A stretch of DNA of 64,000 nucleotides from Phallusia mammillata (GCA_965637545.1 OZ281498.1:7502001-7566000), one strand, 5' to 3'; counted from the stretch's first letter, positions 38,488 through 51,255 are shown. The notes: generated from the sequence alone by a model not told the origin. Numbers and translations are program-made.

Positions 38488-41400
38488 TTAAATCCAATCC
38501 CCGTGTTTAATCTTGGTCGGTATGAAAACCTGACTGAGGTATTTTGCAGATAACCGCGTTAGAGCTTGAATCTCGGCTTTTTGACGATTCTCGGCCATCA
38601 ATGTTAACTGTAAGCATTAATTGAACCATAAGCATTAATTTACAGAAACTTATGCGGCCGGAAATACGTTGAATCACCTCGTTTCGAAGACGCGCAAAGT
38701 GTGCGACGTACGGTCGTGTGAGCATGTCTCTGCACTTGACTACAGCACGATTTGTCAGTGCTGTTACTACGTCCGCAGGCAGGTGAAGACTGTAACGGTA
38801 AAAATTGAACATTACAGTCGCAATTGAACCAATAAGTCCCTGCATATTTATTGAAATGAGTTTATTTCGCTAGGTAAAAGCACATATAGCGTCACAATGG
38901 CACTGAAAAAAAAACAAGCCTGTGCAATGTTGAAACGTTTTGAAGCGCAAAATAGTGGATGGCACACATGGTGGATCATGACTGAACGCGCTGCAGCTAT
39001 ACTGTATTATGGAGCGTTATGTGTCGCAAGCTCACCAGAGAGTGAGTTGTGGCTGGGGAAAAAACATTGGTGGGTTGTGGGACCTGCTGTAAGAGACCTA
39101 AAAGCTAACCACCAGTGTTGAAAGAGAGTGGAGTTTGTGATAAAGTTATAGTGAACTTTTAGTCGGTAATTGTTAAACATTTGTTGTTGATTCGCCTTTA
39201 TTATGTTATAGACATGCGAAGGTAATTTTAATACATATCTATTATACACGTATGTTCGAAATTTAAATGGGCAATTAAACAAAATGTTTTTCTCTTTTAA
39301 ATGCAATGCAACTGTCGTTTACGCTGGTTCTCTGGTGACATGTCACTTTACAATAAGGTATGCTACAGATAAAAAATGATAAGATTAACATTACCAATGG
39401 AGATCAATGGAAAAGTTGTATGAGTAAAGCAACAAAGTAATTCACACATATTATACACTTACCGCTTTATATCTGAAGGAAAAACTCCAATCCACTTTAA
39501 GAATGGGAGAGCAAGGCTTTGTGAATCATGGGACTGTGCCTTAACACACAAAACAATATTTAAATGGATGGTTAAAACACAAATTTGCACCATCAATAGG
39601 CACCACCATGGCTATTAAAATTCGTTACTTGTGGTAACAAGTATACACCAAAATATAATACTTTAGTTGAATTATCCACCAAAATTATTAACTTACCAAA
39701 GATCCAAATCGGTAAACACACATGATTTCAATCCCTGAAAATGATAACAACAAACATAAGTCGAACTACATTGAAATCACACAATAAACTGAACCACATT
39801 TATTACCATGAGGGTCTGCATCAAAAAGGCCCAGTACTGGAATCTGCAGAGCATTCCACATTTTCTTTATCATGAGACGAGTGTTGACATCTGGTACACC
39901 TTTTCCCTGAAAACAAGAATATTTAATTTTAATGTTTCATGCATTATATATAAAATAAAGCACAATGATAAACCATTTATAATAGAGTTAATTGAAAATT
40001 CCATTATATTGCACAAATGCGGTACAACAAAAGTTAAAAAAAAACTGATTATAAAAAAACATGCTCTTGGCTTAAGTGGGGAGCATTTATCAGTTAGTCA
40101 GAAGTATTAAACAATCAATATATATACTTAATGGTAAGAAAACATAACTTATGTGTAACTTAACATGCTAGACGAAAAAAATAAATCTCACAGTTATCAT
40201 GATACATTGCATGTTTGCAGCAAAACAGTCATCTTGGAGTCTTTGAAATGTTGCATCCTTCTCGACGACCAAAATAAATCTGGCAGTTTTACTCTCAAAA
40301 TTGTCAACAAGATCAACAAGAGTTGGCACCATTACTCCCTACACAATTCGATAGATTTAAAACTTATATCAAACTTTAATTTAAAATTTACTTGAATTTA
40401 AGCATGGCGTTGGCCTTTGCACCAACATACCGTCTGGCATTGCATTGGTGCACCTAAAGATGCTAAATCTTTAAAGACTGACTTTAATATACTTACCACA
40501 CACAGGTATGCTTAAACTTGCAAAATAAATCAGTAATAAATTGAAGTGTCTTTGACAATATTTTTGACCAAACGCAAAATTTAGTTAAGTTCAATTGCCA
40601 ATATTTTCACAATATATATATATTAAAACCCACTCCATAATAGCAGTCAAATAAAACCGAACAAAGATACAAACCAATACATAATGCATTTGTTTTAAAT
40701 CGCCACTAACTGAAACACACAAAAAACATGAGTCTACTGCACTGATTGAAACATGTTATAAGGTGGATTCGTTTAACTGCTACATACGTTTGTGCTTTGT
40801 GAACAATCCACTTGTTCCGCATCTGGACCAGAAAATGTAAGATCACCAACTAAACATCCTTTAGATGTTGCAACAACATTTAACCATCTCCGAGGGACTT
40901 CTAATAGACAAGCGATTTCATCAACCAACTGGTCCAATACAGTCTGTTTCTTGAAAAGCTAAAATACAACTAATTTATGAACATGAATAACCACATTCCT
41001 GCCAGTATGGTGCAGATAATTCAAGTTAATTTAACGTAAAGTTTTTTTTTTCTTGCACGTTACTAAATCAAATAAATAGCCAATGTTTTGATTCCTATAT
41101 GTTTCTGTATGTTATGTATGTTTGGCAACTTGTAAAAGTGCAAAGAAAAGAACATGTGAACATAATTCAGGACAGAAAAATACATATCATTAACATTGGT
41201 GTATATTTGTGAAAAAAATATGTTGTGTATATATGTGTGTCTGTTAAGTGCTGCCTAAAGTTACCAAGTTTACCTGTGGTTCCTCATAATACAGGTCTCG
41301 CTTTGTGGCAACTTGGTCCGTCTGTAAAAGTTTGTAAACCTTCGCCAAAACTTTCATGATTAATCCTATTACAGTAAACAAAAACAAATAACAACATACA

Positions 41401-42261
41401 TGTAATTGTAGGAAATCACATCATACATACCAAACTTTTCTCTTGTGCTGCTATGCCCAAATGCAATAGTTTTTAATGTTGGTTCATCACACATTTGCAG
41501 ACCTTCATTCGGAATATACACAGCGTTTTTCCAATTGGTCCTTACTCTGGTAAAAAAATCGCACAAAAGTTAAACCCTTCCACCCATCCTTTCTGTTCCC
41601 AATTAACTGTGTCTGCCAAGATTAGTATCAGTAGAACACCCGTTGAAAAAAGTATCAGTAGAACACACCTTGAAAACAGTATCAGCAGAACATACGTTGA
41701 AAAATGTATCAGTAGTACACACATAGAAAAAAATCAATAGTACACACATTGAAAAAAGTTTCAGTGGCAAACATTGAAAAGGGTATCAGTGGAACACACT
41801 TGTGACATTTCTGAAAAAAAAAAATTATCCAAGGAGCAGCACATAACTTTGAACTTACCTCAATTGAATGTATGGTTCAGTTGATGTTGATATTTGATAA
41901 ACGATTTGAACAATAACATCTTCTATTCTGCTAATAACCTCATCTCTGAATAAAACCAAATGAATTCAGCAAACACAACACAAATTCTCAGAAAAAAGTT
42001 TGACGTATGTTTTTCCATTTACCCATTCAAAAAATCACGGTCAATCAATCAAAAAATTGGCGGACAGAAAAATATTTTCGGCACAATAAATACGGTAAGT
42101 TATGGTTTTGATTCGTTGCACCGAATGCATTATTTTTCAATATCAAATGACTTGACTTACTTGGGAATTTCAGACATTTCCGCCACGCCGAAACAGGATC
42201 GACATATTGCTTGAAGTTGATCCAGTTCGGTCCAAAACGATCTGGAATATTCGTTGGACAT
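38488..42261 (-). CDS. SPO11: Meiotic recombination protein SPO11; 11 exons, 386 aa
   Basis: Exons: 42261-42161, 41945-41859, 41546-41431, 41365-41274, 40958-40788, 40338-40192, 39906-39807, 39734-39697, 39539-39463, 38789-38678, 38607-38488 (1161 nt, in frame). Motifs: catalytic TKRDLYY, VATSKG, Toprim ILVVEKDATFQRL, GKGVPDVNTR, DADPHGIEIMCVYRFGS, KAEIQAL, C-terminal GDWI. Confidence 0.96.
38969..39050 (+). repeat. Dispersed repeat (SINE-like), copy 2, in SPO11 intron 9
   Basis: Homologous to 11030-11110. Confidence 0.75.
41624..41806. repeat. Minisatellite, about 7 copies of a 25-27-bp unit, in SPO11 intron 2
   Basis: Consensus AGTATCAGTAGAACACAC(G/A)TTGAAAAA; units start at 41624, 41651, 41678, 41705 and continue with decay. 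Confidence 0.92.
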
Positions 42262-43210
42262 TTTGCAAACAATTAAAGTTTTAGTAAACGACAGTTTTAT
42301 CTCATCGATTTTCCCGCCCATTTACATCGGATGAGCAAAAGGAAATAATGTTCGATATTTACCAAAACATCGAAAAGAATTTTGTGTTTCCTATAACACT
42401 ACCACGTTGAAACTACAAACGCACATTAGTTCAAAAAGAAAGCCAGTGTTTTTACATTTTATAAAAATTAACACGATAGAACGGAAAAAATCTAATGCTT
42501 TAGTAAATAAAGCGGGGGAACTGTGAACGCATTTTTTCATGTTTCGGTGTTTTTGTTTTCAAACATCACCTGGGTGAACACAACTGTACCGCAGTACAGA
42601 ACAAAAACGCAAATGAAGTTCACAAGTGGCTAAGCAATCAACATGGTTATGTGGCGAGCGCCTTTTTTGACAAAACCTGCAACACTCAAAAATACCGATC
42701 TTCAAAACCGACTTTCAAGTTGAATAATATCCGGCTAAAAGAGCAACAAAATTAAGAAGTTTCATTGATCGGCCAAACTCCTTCGTTTGCGCACTTCTGT
42801 TACGCTTGATTAAGTAGTGGTGGAACAAGCATCATCTTCTGTGCAATGAACAAGAACAACCTTCCTGTTATGAAGTTGTGTCTCTTTTTGTTTTGAATTT
42901 TTTGAAATATTTTTCAACAAAGCGCACCTTGAGGCAAGTATTTCTATGGAAACAACAGGCCAATTGCGAGAGGTCTCCAAAAACGGAGTGTAGCATTGCA
43001 TTATGATTCAAATAAAGAGAAACTGGAAAACGGATGCGGTATATTAAGACTCTCAAGGCGCTATGGTCGATATAATAAAGTTTGAAACAGGTTTTCGTAT
43101 CAGGCAGCCACTTCACGAGGCACACGCGTTCAATGTTGTTTTAAGCAGCCTAAAGTGACCTGAAGTTAGTTTCAATTAAACAAATACTCGAAGAAAATTT
43201 ATATCCTTAA

Positions 43211-44211
43211 CCGGCACCGTAAAAGCTATTAAAATTCGAGTGATTCTTTTCTGTCTTTGTGTAGCAAAGCCGACGGTTAAAGTCAATCTACTTTCTTAAT
43301 AAAACAACCAAATTTTAATTAAACTTTTCTTCTGCTTCTTTATATACCTTATTTTCTCTCACCAATCAAAAACGGCCAGACGTATAATTAAATGATTTAG
43401 TGATGGACGTTGCCAATCAAAAAATCAACATGCAAATCAATTGGTAAAACCGTTATTTTTGCGCTGTTTAATTAACTTACATTAACAAATCCGTGTCATT
43501 ACCTTTTTAATTTAATCAAAATTTATGTTTTCCATTTTTAGTTGACCGATGCCCAAATGTTAATAACTTTGTTTTTTATTAGACGTAAAATGAGCACAAA
43601 ACTGAAACACAATAAAATTTTATGTCACTATGAAATGTAGGCCTACATGTCGTGAATAAAAGTATGCACATTTCCTCGTGAACATAAATGTTAAAGGCGC
43701 TACCTAATTTTGTCATGTTTTGTTACTTGAACACTTGCAAATATATTTACAGCGACATCACGAAAAAAACGCGTTACAATTTCTACTTGTGCGCTCAAAT
43801 TACAGACCGCGCATGCGTTGAGTCAATCCTAACCACTCAGTCTCGTTTGTCGTCTCAACAGGAAGACCTGGTCAAAATGGTCGCTCACAATTTGTTAGTT
43901 AAAGTAATTATGAACAGTGGTAGAGTGTTAGTTAAAGCGCAATAAATCAAAAATTAGAAATTAGAAACAATAACTCCGTTGGATGTCAAGATTTTAGGAT
44001 CAAAATATAATTAAAGTTTTTTCGCGTTTGTGTGTTTAAATGATTAACTTGACGACTGTGAATAAAGTTTGGAAAGTTATTGGTAGAAATTAACCGAAAC
44101 ATCGCGGTATATTCAAAAACGATTTTCTGCTTTTTAAATATAAATTGTTTTTTTATATTGAGTTGCATAGCGATAAAACAGTAACAACCACTTTAGCTGA
44201 AAACGTGCCGG
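43211..44211. mobile_element. Possible non-autonomous piggyBac-type element (~1 kb)
   Basis: TTAA/CCGGCAC-N6-AGCTA at the left end and its inverted counterpart TAGCT-N6-GTGCCGG/TTAA at the right end; TTAA on both flanks; AT-rich non-coding interior. Confidence 0.5.
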
Positions 44212-46557
44212 TTAAAAATTTTAAAAAATTAAAAATTATTATGAAAATTGCTGCGTTTTTTACCAATGAATTAATTGTGTCGAGTTTTCATCCCCAATTC
44301 AGGTGAAAGTTTGCTCTGAAATTGAACAGTTTTCTACATGACAAATATTTTCGCCAAAACTATTAAAAGTCATGTAAAAAGGTGGGTTGGCATAAGACAT
44401 GTTTCATAAGTCCATGTCCTAATCAGAACATTGCTATTGACCAAAAAAATAAACTATTTCGTTAAATTTAGCTGTTTCAAATTTGAGTTGATTTACTCAT
44501 TCTAAACAAACACCAGAAAGTTAATTCAAAATCCGCTCTCCAAAAAACTTTTAAGTCTATTAGTATGCGGTTAGAGACTAAATAAGTTCACGAGAAAACG
44601 AAACCAAATGTTGCTGGTCGAAAATGCGATGCTTCGTATACTTTGGGCTCAAAGCCAACCATGCACACAGCATAATTTGACATTGACTGAAAGCCTTTTG
44701 AACAGTAGCAAAACTTTGCCGTGCCAGGCGCATTAAATCGTATAGAGTTGCAGTTTCTGAATGACTTCGTAAGCTGGGAAACGCTGTAACGATCACTGAA
44801 CGGGAATTATGTATTGAGCGGGGTCGTTGCAATTGAACCGTGCCACCAGAACGACGTTTGTCTGACTAAATTATCGGCTCTTGGCAGCCAGAAACAATAG
44901 CATTCAGACTGGTTTAACGTTTGCTAACCTGGGAGAGAAAATGGATACAAAGAGCTCATATTATAAACCAAAGTCTGCGTTTTTTTTAATTTATTAGTTA
45001 ATCGTTTCGTAAAAAGTTTCGGATTGAAAAGAATTTCAAGTTATTTCGTTGAAATTTTGCAGGTGCAAGCCTTTGCGAAAGCGCATATAATTTAACATTT
45101 AAGTTTTGAGAAAGGCGAGGCTATCTATATATAGATGACAAAGCAGTTTTGTTTCCTCGTAAAAATAATCTTTTCGTCTTTGATTACCTAAAACATTGGC
45201 AGTCACGCATAAGTTTGAGGTGCTCATTGCCACAACTTTAGCACGGTGGACTGGTGTCCAAGGGTCATTAAAAAACGCTGCTTTGGTTGAAACTACCTTA
45301 AACGACGGGAACAAAGTGCAGTTTGTCACAGTTTTTTTACGCTTTTTACGCAGTATTTAGTTTCATTTTTGCACAGGTGTGCATACAGGTTGCCCACATC
45401 ACCCAGCAAGCTCAGGACATCAATAGACCTTGCAACACAGGTTGTATGTAACTTTAAAGTGGCCAGCCTCACGCGTCGCTACCAAGATCTGGTTTCAAAG
45501 AGATTTAACACTTAATCTTCACGACCGTGAACTTGCTAGCTACCGTGCTCAAAGTCTAAGTATCTCCGAACGCAGCATAACGGGCCATTGACGGCGTTAA
45601 CTAATACTGTAAGTTAATACAAGCACCGTTAATCTTGTGTGTGCATTTCTATGCAGCCGTTGGATAATGTATTGCAGTTGGTGTTTAGGTATACTTGAGT
45701 TACAAAGGGAACGGGACCACCGAGTGTTGTGTGTTAGCAGCTTGTGGTACATTGGCTGGCCTTGTAGAGGTTGTGTAATTGTAACAGTTGAAACCCCCTA
45801 ATGACAAGGAGAAAAGGCGGTTTTGCAAACTAAGCACAAAGTAACGATCAAACAGAGCATAAGATAACACGTAGAAGCCGGGAAAAATGTAAATGCCTCC
45901 AACAGTTAATTGCGCGTTACAATGCTACTTCTGTTGACTGATAAAAACATTACTTTGGCGTTGAGTTATCAGAACGACTTGAGTTTGGGCCAGTGTATGC
46001 CATTTTTGTACAACGGGAGCGATTGTAGAATGAGAAACTGGCTTTCGCAAGGTCAGGGTATTATAGCAATAATGGTAGTTAACTATTTTATTTATTTTAT
46101 CGCGAGCTAGAATCTAAAATATCGGATAGTCGCTATTGAGAAAACATTTTGTTATGAGTAAATCCTAATTTCAACTTTTTTTGTCTTCTACTTTTAAATG
46201 CTAAATAAATCTTTGTAAAAAATCATAGGTTAAACAAAAAGTCTAAACTTCTAAAAAAAACGGCAAGTTTTTAAGAATAAGTGATCATTTAATAGAGTCT
46301 TTCAAGCTGGCTATACTAAATTTCCTTTGATCTATTCTAAGTTATTGGAAAATAGTGGACAATGCAATGCAAAGCACTCTAAACACCCATTAACTAATAA
46401 TTAAAAAACGCCAGTTAGCGTAGGCTTACACCTTACAGGAACATGGCAAGATAGTTTGTGTTGGTTCCATAACTGTGTTTGTTGCGGCTCTACAAAATGG
46501 CTGAAAATAAATCGAACTTAATATTTACTCGCAGGACATTTGTAAAGCATAGACATA

Positions 46558-49500
46558 ATGAGTGGATTGGTTGCATATCCTGTAACTGAAAAGGGAGCAC
46601 GAAAGCCCAAATGTGCTCGGTGTCGTAATCATGGTGTCATCTCCTGGTTAAAGGGCCACAAGAGGCGCTGTCCCCACAGGGAGTGCAAATGCGCCAAATG
46701 CAATTTGATTGCAGAAAGACAACGCGTAATGGCGGCACAGGTAATAAAACTTACGATTTTATAAAAAAAAACGAAAAATAAACGTTTTTCTATTTTTGTA
46801 TATTTTCATTGTGGTTTTAGAATTAAAACTTAATCGCTTTTAAAGTCTTCTTGTGATTGGATATGTGACATGTCGGTGCATTCTATTTTGGCAATTAATT
46901 CAACAATTTAGGCAAAACCAAAATAATGACAAAATTTGGTTGTGAAGCGTACTTATACGTGTTTTAAGTTAGCCAAACTCGGTCGTGCGCCAAACTCATT
47001 TTCTTGTGAGCCCCCGTTACGTAACGCTTTATAGCGAGTTCAAGGATCTCTGCCTTGTGTGTACCTCTGCTGTGAACTATATTTCAAAAAGAAGAAATGG
47101 TACATGTGATAAATGCGTGGTGGACGTATGGCTATGTGGGGAGTTTTTACATTGTAGCTTGTCTCAGATTTTAATTGTACATTACATAATTTATGTCTAC
47201 ATGTCGAAATGTGCCCCCTCTGCCGGCGCCCGTGAGTGTGTAGCTACAGTACGGTTAGTCATGATCCTTTGTTTTGCGTAGCGCTTCAAGTCGCACAGCC
47301 ATTTTTGACTTAGTGATTGTTTCAATGCGTTTGCTTCGCTATGTGTTCTTACACCAAGCGAAATAAACTCAACTTTGAACTTACTAAACAATTCCAATTA
47401 GCCTACCTCAATTTTACTGATATGTAAATGAAGCAACAATTAAACAAACTCATCGCAAGATGTAAACTAAACAGCTTAATGAGATTTACTGAGATCAACT
47501 GAACAACAATGAAACTCACCTCAAACTTATGTTGAACATATTTAAACCATCCTTGTAAGTAGGTTCGAAACAGTCGATTGTTGCCCTTCAGGACCAGGTT
47601 TTTATCAACAGCGCTCTAATTAGAATGAATCAACGCCTAACGCACACGGCGTATCAAAAATTTAGAACAAAGATTTAAACGCATTGACATTTTTCAGGTG
47701 GCTTTGAAGCGTCAACAGGCCGCTGAGGATGCGATAGCACTTGGGCTTCTCTTGGTAACCAATGGCAACGAGAAGAACGCCTCGGATCACTCCATGGATA
47801 AGGAAGACGCGGAGATCAACAAGAGCAAAAATTCAGAAACCAAAAAATCGGCTCAACAGCAAGTTGTAGACATGACAAAAGACAAATTGGAAATTCAAGG
47901 TATTTAGGCATATCCACCCAACTGGTTTTACTACCGATTGTGTTGTGGGGGAAATTATATTTTGTCTTCTTGCTTTCGTTTTATCTATAAATATATGCTA
48001 CAAAAGCGCTTTGATTAAACTTTAAAAAAACAAACAAATTGCCAGCGATGTAAAATAAAACGTATTCATTTTATTATACAGATGTTTCGACAAAAACAAT
48101 TGTCATCATCAGTGAAAATATAATGTACAAGCGGAAAGAAACGCGTTTATATACACAGCAATTTAGTTTTTATTAAATCTACTATTTAAGATATATGTTT
48201 CGCCTTTACAGCATAATCACTATCTTATTTAGACAGAATTCAGAAATGTGTGTCTTAATCTTTTTGTGAACTATAAACATAAGTTCATTATAGTCTCCAT
48301 CCAGCATCGACCGACGAGCCGGGAGATTTGAGTGTTAAGTAAATAGTACAAGTAACTTATTGTAAAAAGCGTTTTCGTACAAACAACTTTTTGACGATAC
48401 TTTGAAAAAAGATATTTTTGCCTGCTTATAACTTCGTGTTGTTTTAACCTTCTTTATTTTTTGCAACCAATTTACTGCCTAAAACGCGTTTATTCATTGT
48501 TAAAATGCTGGAAGGCCTTTGAACAAGTCCTAAAGATCCAGGCTTGCGCAATTTTGTAGTGTTTTACCATAGTGGCTTACAAATTCAAGTTTTTAACTCC
48601 ATTTTGTGTGGACTTAAAATGTCGTGCGAGGCAAAATCCGCCAGGCTGAGGCTCTGTCACCTGATGAGTGTGTTCGACACAAAACAAGATGCAAAATGCG
48701 ATAATGGCCTATCCGGTTTCAACCGTTACTACACTGTCGCATCGGACTAGAGCATAACGCCAACATATCTCATGCGCCGGGGTCAAACCTTACCTGCCAA
48801 TAAGCCTGGGGGCCGCGTGGTAGGTTACAATAATATTTCGACACTCATAAAGGACCCCAACGGCCCCCGCGGGTCACTTGTGCGAGAGACAGGGTCAGGC
48901 TTTCCAGTGCCAATCGCAGTTACGTGAGAAATCGCCTCTGCCTTGTCCAGGAGGCGATTTCAGCCAGACTGGACATTATATTTCGTGGGAAGGGCTAAGT
49001 TTGTTTTTTCCTGTGTGTGTTAAGTTGCAGATATAAGCGACATGGCGTCGGCCTTAGGGGCGCTATTTTTTGGTAACTATGTGTTTCGTAAAGTTGTGGG
49101 GTCAAACGATGGTTAACGAGAATTTAGAACTGTCACACGGGAGCTGTCCAGTCGCGGAAACCATTATTTTTACATAATTATCGTGTACGTGGGAATTTGA
49201 AATCTGTATCTTTTACTGCGATAAATTTCTTTCATGCAACGGCCCTGTGGTCGAATATTTTGTCCTGTTTATTTTTAGATGCTTGTGATTGGTACTGAAC
49301 GGGATTATTTTGGCGAGCCAAAAATCGACCATCACGGGTTGACATAGGTTCTGTTTGATAAAGAATTTATTAAATACATACTCAATGGCGTGGCTAAGGG
49401 CCATGGACGCACACAATTTTAATTGCTTATCTACACAACCTGACTGATGACATCCAATGATAAAACGCATGCCATAAACGAGTATAATCTAAAACAATTT

Positions 49501-51107
49501 GCAATGGCATAGAAACCGTTGACCGTTTTTTTCTAAATTCGACAATCTCTAAAATTCAGATTATTTTCTCCCTACTGTTGGTTTTTTAAGTACATATAAT
49601 TTTGACAAGGTAATGAATACTCTAGCAGATGCCTTACACAAGAAACTTGTACAACTTCAAAGTTCAAAGGTCATTTACCAGTTTGCTATCTGCATTCGCA
49701 ACACGCAATTACTCTTCACAAGCGTCGTGCAAGCCCCACATATGCGACCCAAACTCCATGTGCCCCACACCAACCCCACTTTACATCGAGAGGGGGTCGT
49801 GACCTTTATGCTTTGCCCAATGCTGATTTTACACCCATGTAAACCAAATCCTCTCACGTCTCACTAACATCTGCTGTTATATGATATCTATGACCTGACT
49901 GATTGACGTCATAGCTCTTCAAGTTTGACCAATTGTTTACTTTTCAATCTACTTGGCTGTCAACATGTTATTTTATCGGCGATTGTTGTGTTTTTATTTG
50001 CGCTTTCGTTGATGTGCAATGCGTTTGGTACAATGAGTTGCCACATTGTTAAACGGCCTTTATAAGTATTGGCTTGTTTTTTTGTTGCTTTCGTAGTAAA
50101 TTACTATAAATTTTCATTCAAAGTTTACCCGGGACACTTGTTTTTTAGAAAGGAAAAAGCAAGTCAAGCCATTAAAGCGAACCTTATCACCAATCCACCG
50201 GTCGCCCACTTCCAAACAAGGCAAAGAAACGGCAAGTTTGCCGGAAAACGAGTCTCCAAAGCCGGCCAACCTGGGAGTAAACAACTCGATCGTGGAGTCT
50301 TTCAGACCGGGACGCCTCTCCAAGGATGAAATGCTGGAACGGCTTTTTCCGAAACAAAGAAGCAGCGTTCGAAAGTTGGTGCTCCAGGGCTGCAGCGGCG
50401 ACGTCGTAAAAGCCATTGAGCATTTTCTATCAGCTGAAGATTCTGGAGTCGTGGATACATTAGGCGAGAGAACTTCACCAAAACATACCCATGCTTCAAA
50501 CTTAAAGGATATTAATGCACCAATGCACACAGAGTCTGATGTTATCAAACGTGACGTAAAGACATATGACGTCATGATGACAAAGAGACATGCTGTCACA
50601 GTGACGTCGTCGTTGCCTAAATCGTCAAACCCGATACAAACTAGAGTACAGCCTGATAGTCAAACAAGATATAATCTAATACCAGAGCGCATTTATTCTG
50701 ATAAAAGTCCGGCTGCCCTATCCACAAACAGCTCGACAAGTGCGTTCGACTCATCCGATGTTGAGAGCCACATCCACGCTCCTCAGCCATTTATACCGGC
50801 ACCACATCACGACGACGATAAATATTTGCACCGGAATTCGAGGCTGAATTTCCCGCTGACTACATTTCCCGACTTGGGAGTTTACAAGGACCCGACATCT
50901 CGTTATTTTTTCCCGGCCAATACTGATGGGCGAACAAGTTTCGAAGGATTGCCCCCGCCAAATCTGTATTTCAATTTCCCAGGGATTGCGTCCCCGATAT
51001 ACAGTGGTAATTTTCGTTTTCCAAACGCTCTTCCACTTTCAGCGCCTTCAATGGGATCTCGCTTTAGCTTTGGTCACTACAAACCACCTTGCAGTGAATC
51101 AAGGTGA
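46558..51107 (+). CDS. Dmrt: DM-domain transcription factor with DMA domain, Dmrt93B-like; exons 46558-46740, 47698-47899, 50149-51107 (447 aa)
   Basis: DM domain [67 protein letters not shown] domain [33 protein letters not shown]. Splice phases 0 and 1 are consistent. Confidence 0.93.
48078..48118 (-). ncRNA. Minimal hammerhead-like motif (copy D) in Dmrt intron 2
   Basis: Minus strand TTCA-CTGATGA-T-GACAA TTGTTT TTGTC-GAAA-C-ATC/TG, followed by AATAAA. Core intact; helices I and III weak. Confidence 0.55.
48740..48980 (+). mobile_element. tRNA-derived SINE-like, GC-rich structured element in Dmrt intron 2
   Basis: A-box-like GTCGCATCGGACTAGAGC, B-box-like CCGGGGTCAAACC, and a perfect 11-bp stem GAAATCGCCTC / GAGGCGATTTC. 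Confidence 0.5.
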
Positions 51108-51255
51108 TTAATAAGTGTCTGTAACGTTACATATGCTCTACTCTAGTATTTCACTTTGAAATGTTATTACACAACCAACTTTGCTGTGTATTTTATGCAG
51201 GACCTAACAACAAAATTATCATTGAATTAAAACGTGGAAAAAATTAATTTGTACT

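Noticed and set aside
10997-39121. Apparent paralogous small ORFs WWIM(A/T)ERAAA..YY.ALC (10997-11209 and 38897-39121)
   Set aside because: The similarity is confined to a short nucleotide repeat; the flanks are unrelated, starts are non-canonical or lack support, and one copy is antisense within a SPO11 intron.
41495-41740. ORF with 9-aa repeats (SISRT..EK)
   Set aside because: It is the translation of a 27-bp intronic minisatellite, antisense to SPO11; later units lose the frame.
41624-41806. CRISPR-like array
   Set aside because: The units are contiguous with no unique spacers, and the context is eukaryotic.
48295-48340. Possible extra Dmrt micro-exon
   Set aside because: The phase-preserving option with a good donor contains a stop, the stop-free options have a weak donor or shift the frame, and exon 2 splices in frame directly to 50149.
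48655-48700. Hammerhead-like CTGATGA-GTGT(GTTCG)ACAC-AAAAC
   Set aside because: G12 is absent and no helix III, cleavage triplet or helix I partner can be found downstream; at most a relic.
5714-49075. CTCF-like motifs near 5718, 47206 and 49050
   Set aside because: Each has several mismatches to the consensus and is expected by chance in 64 kb.
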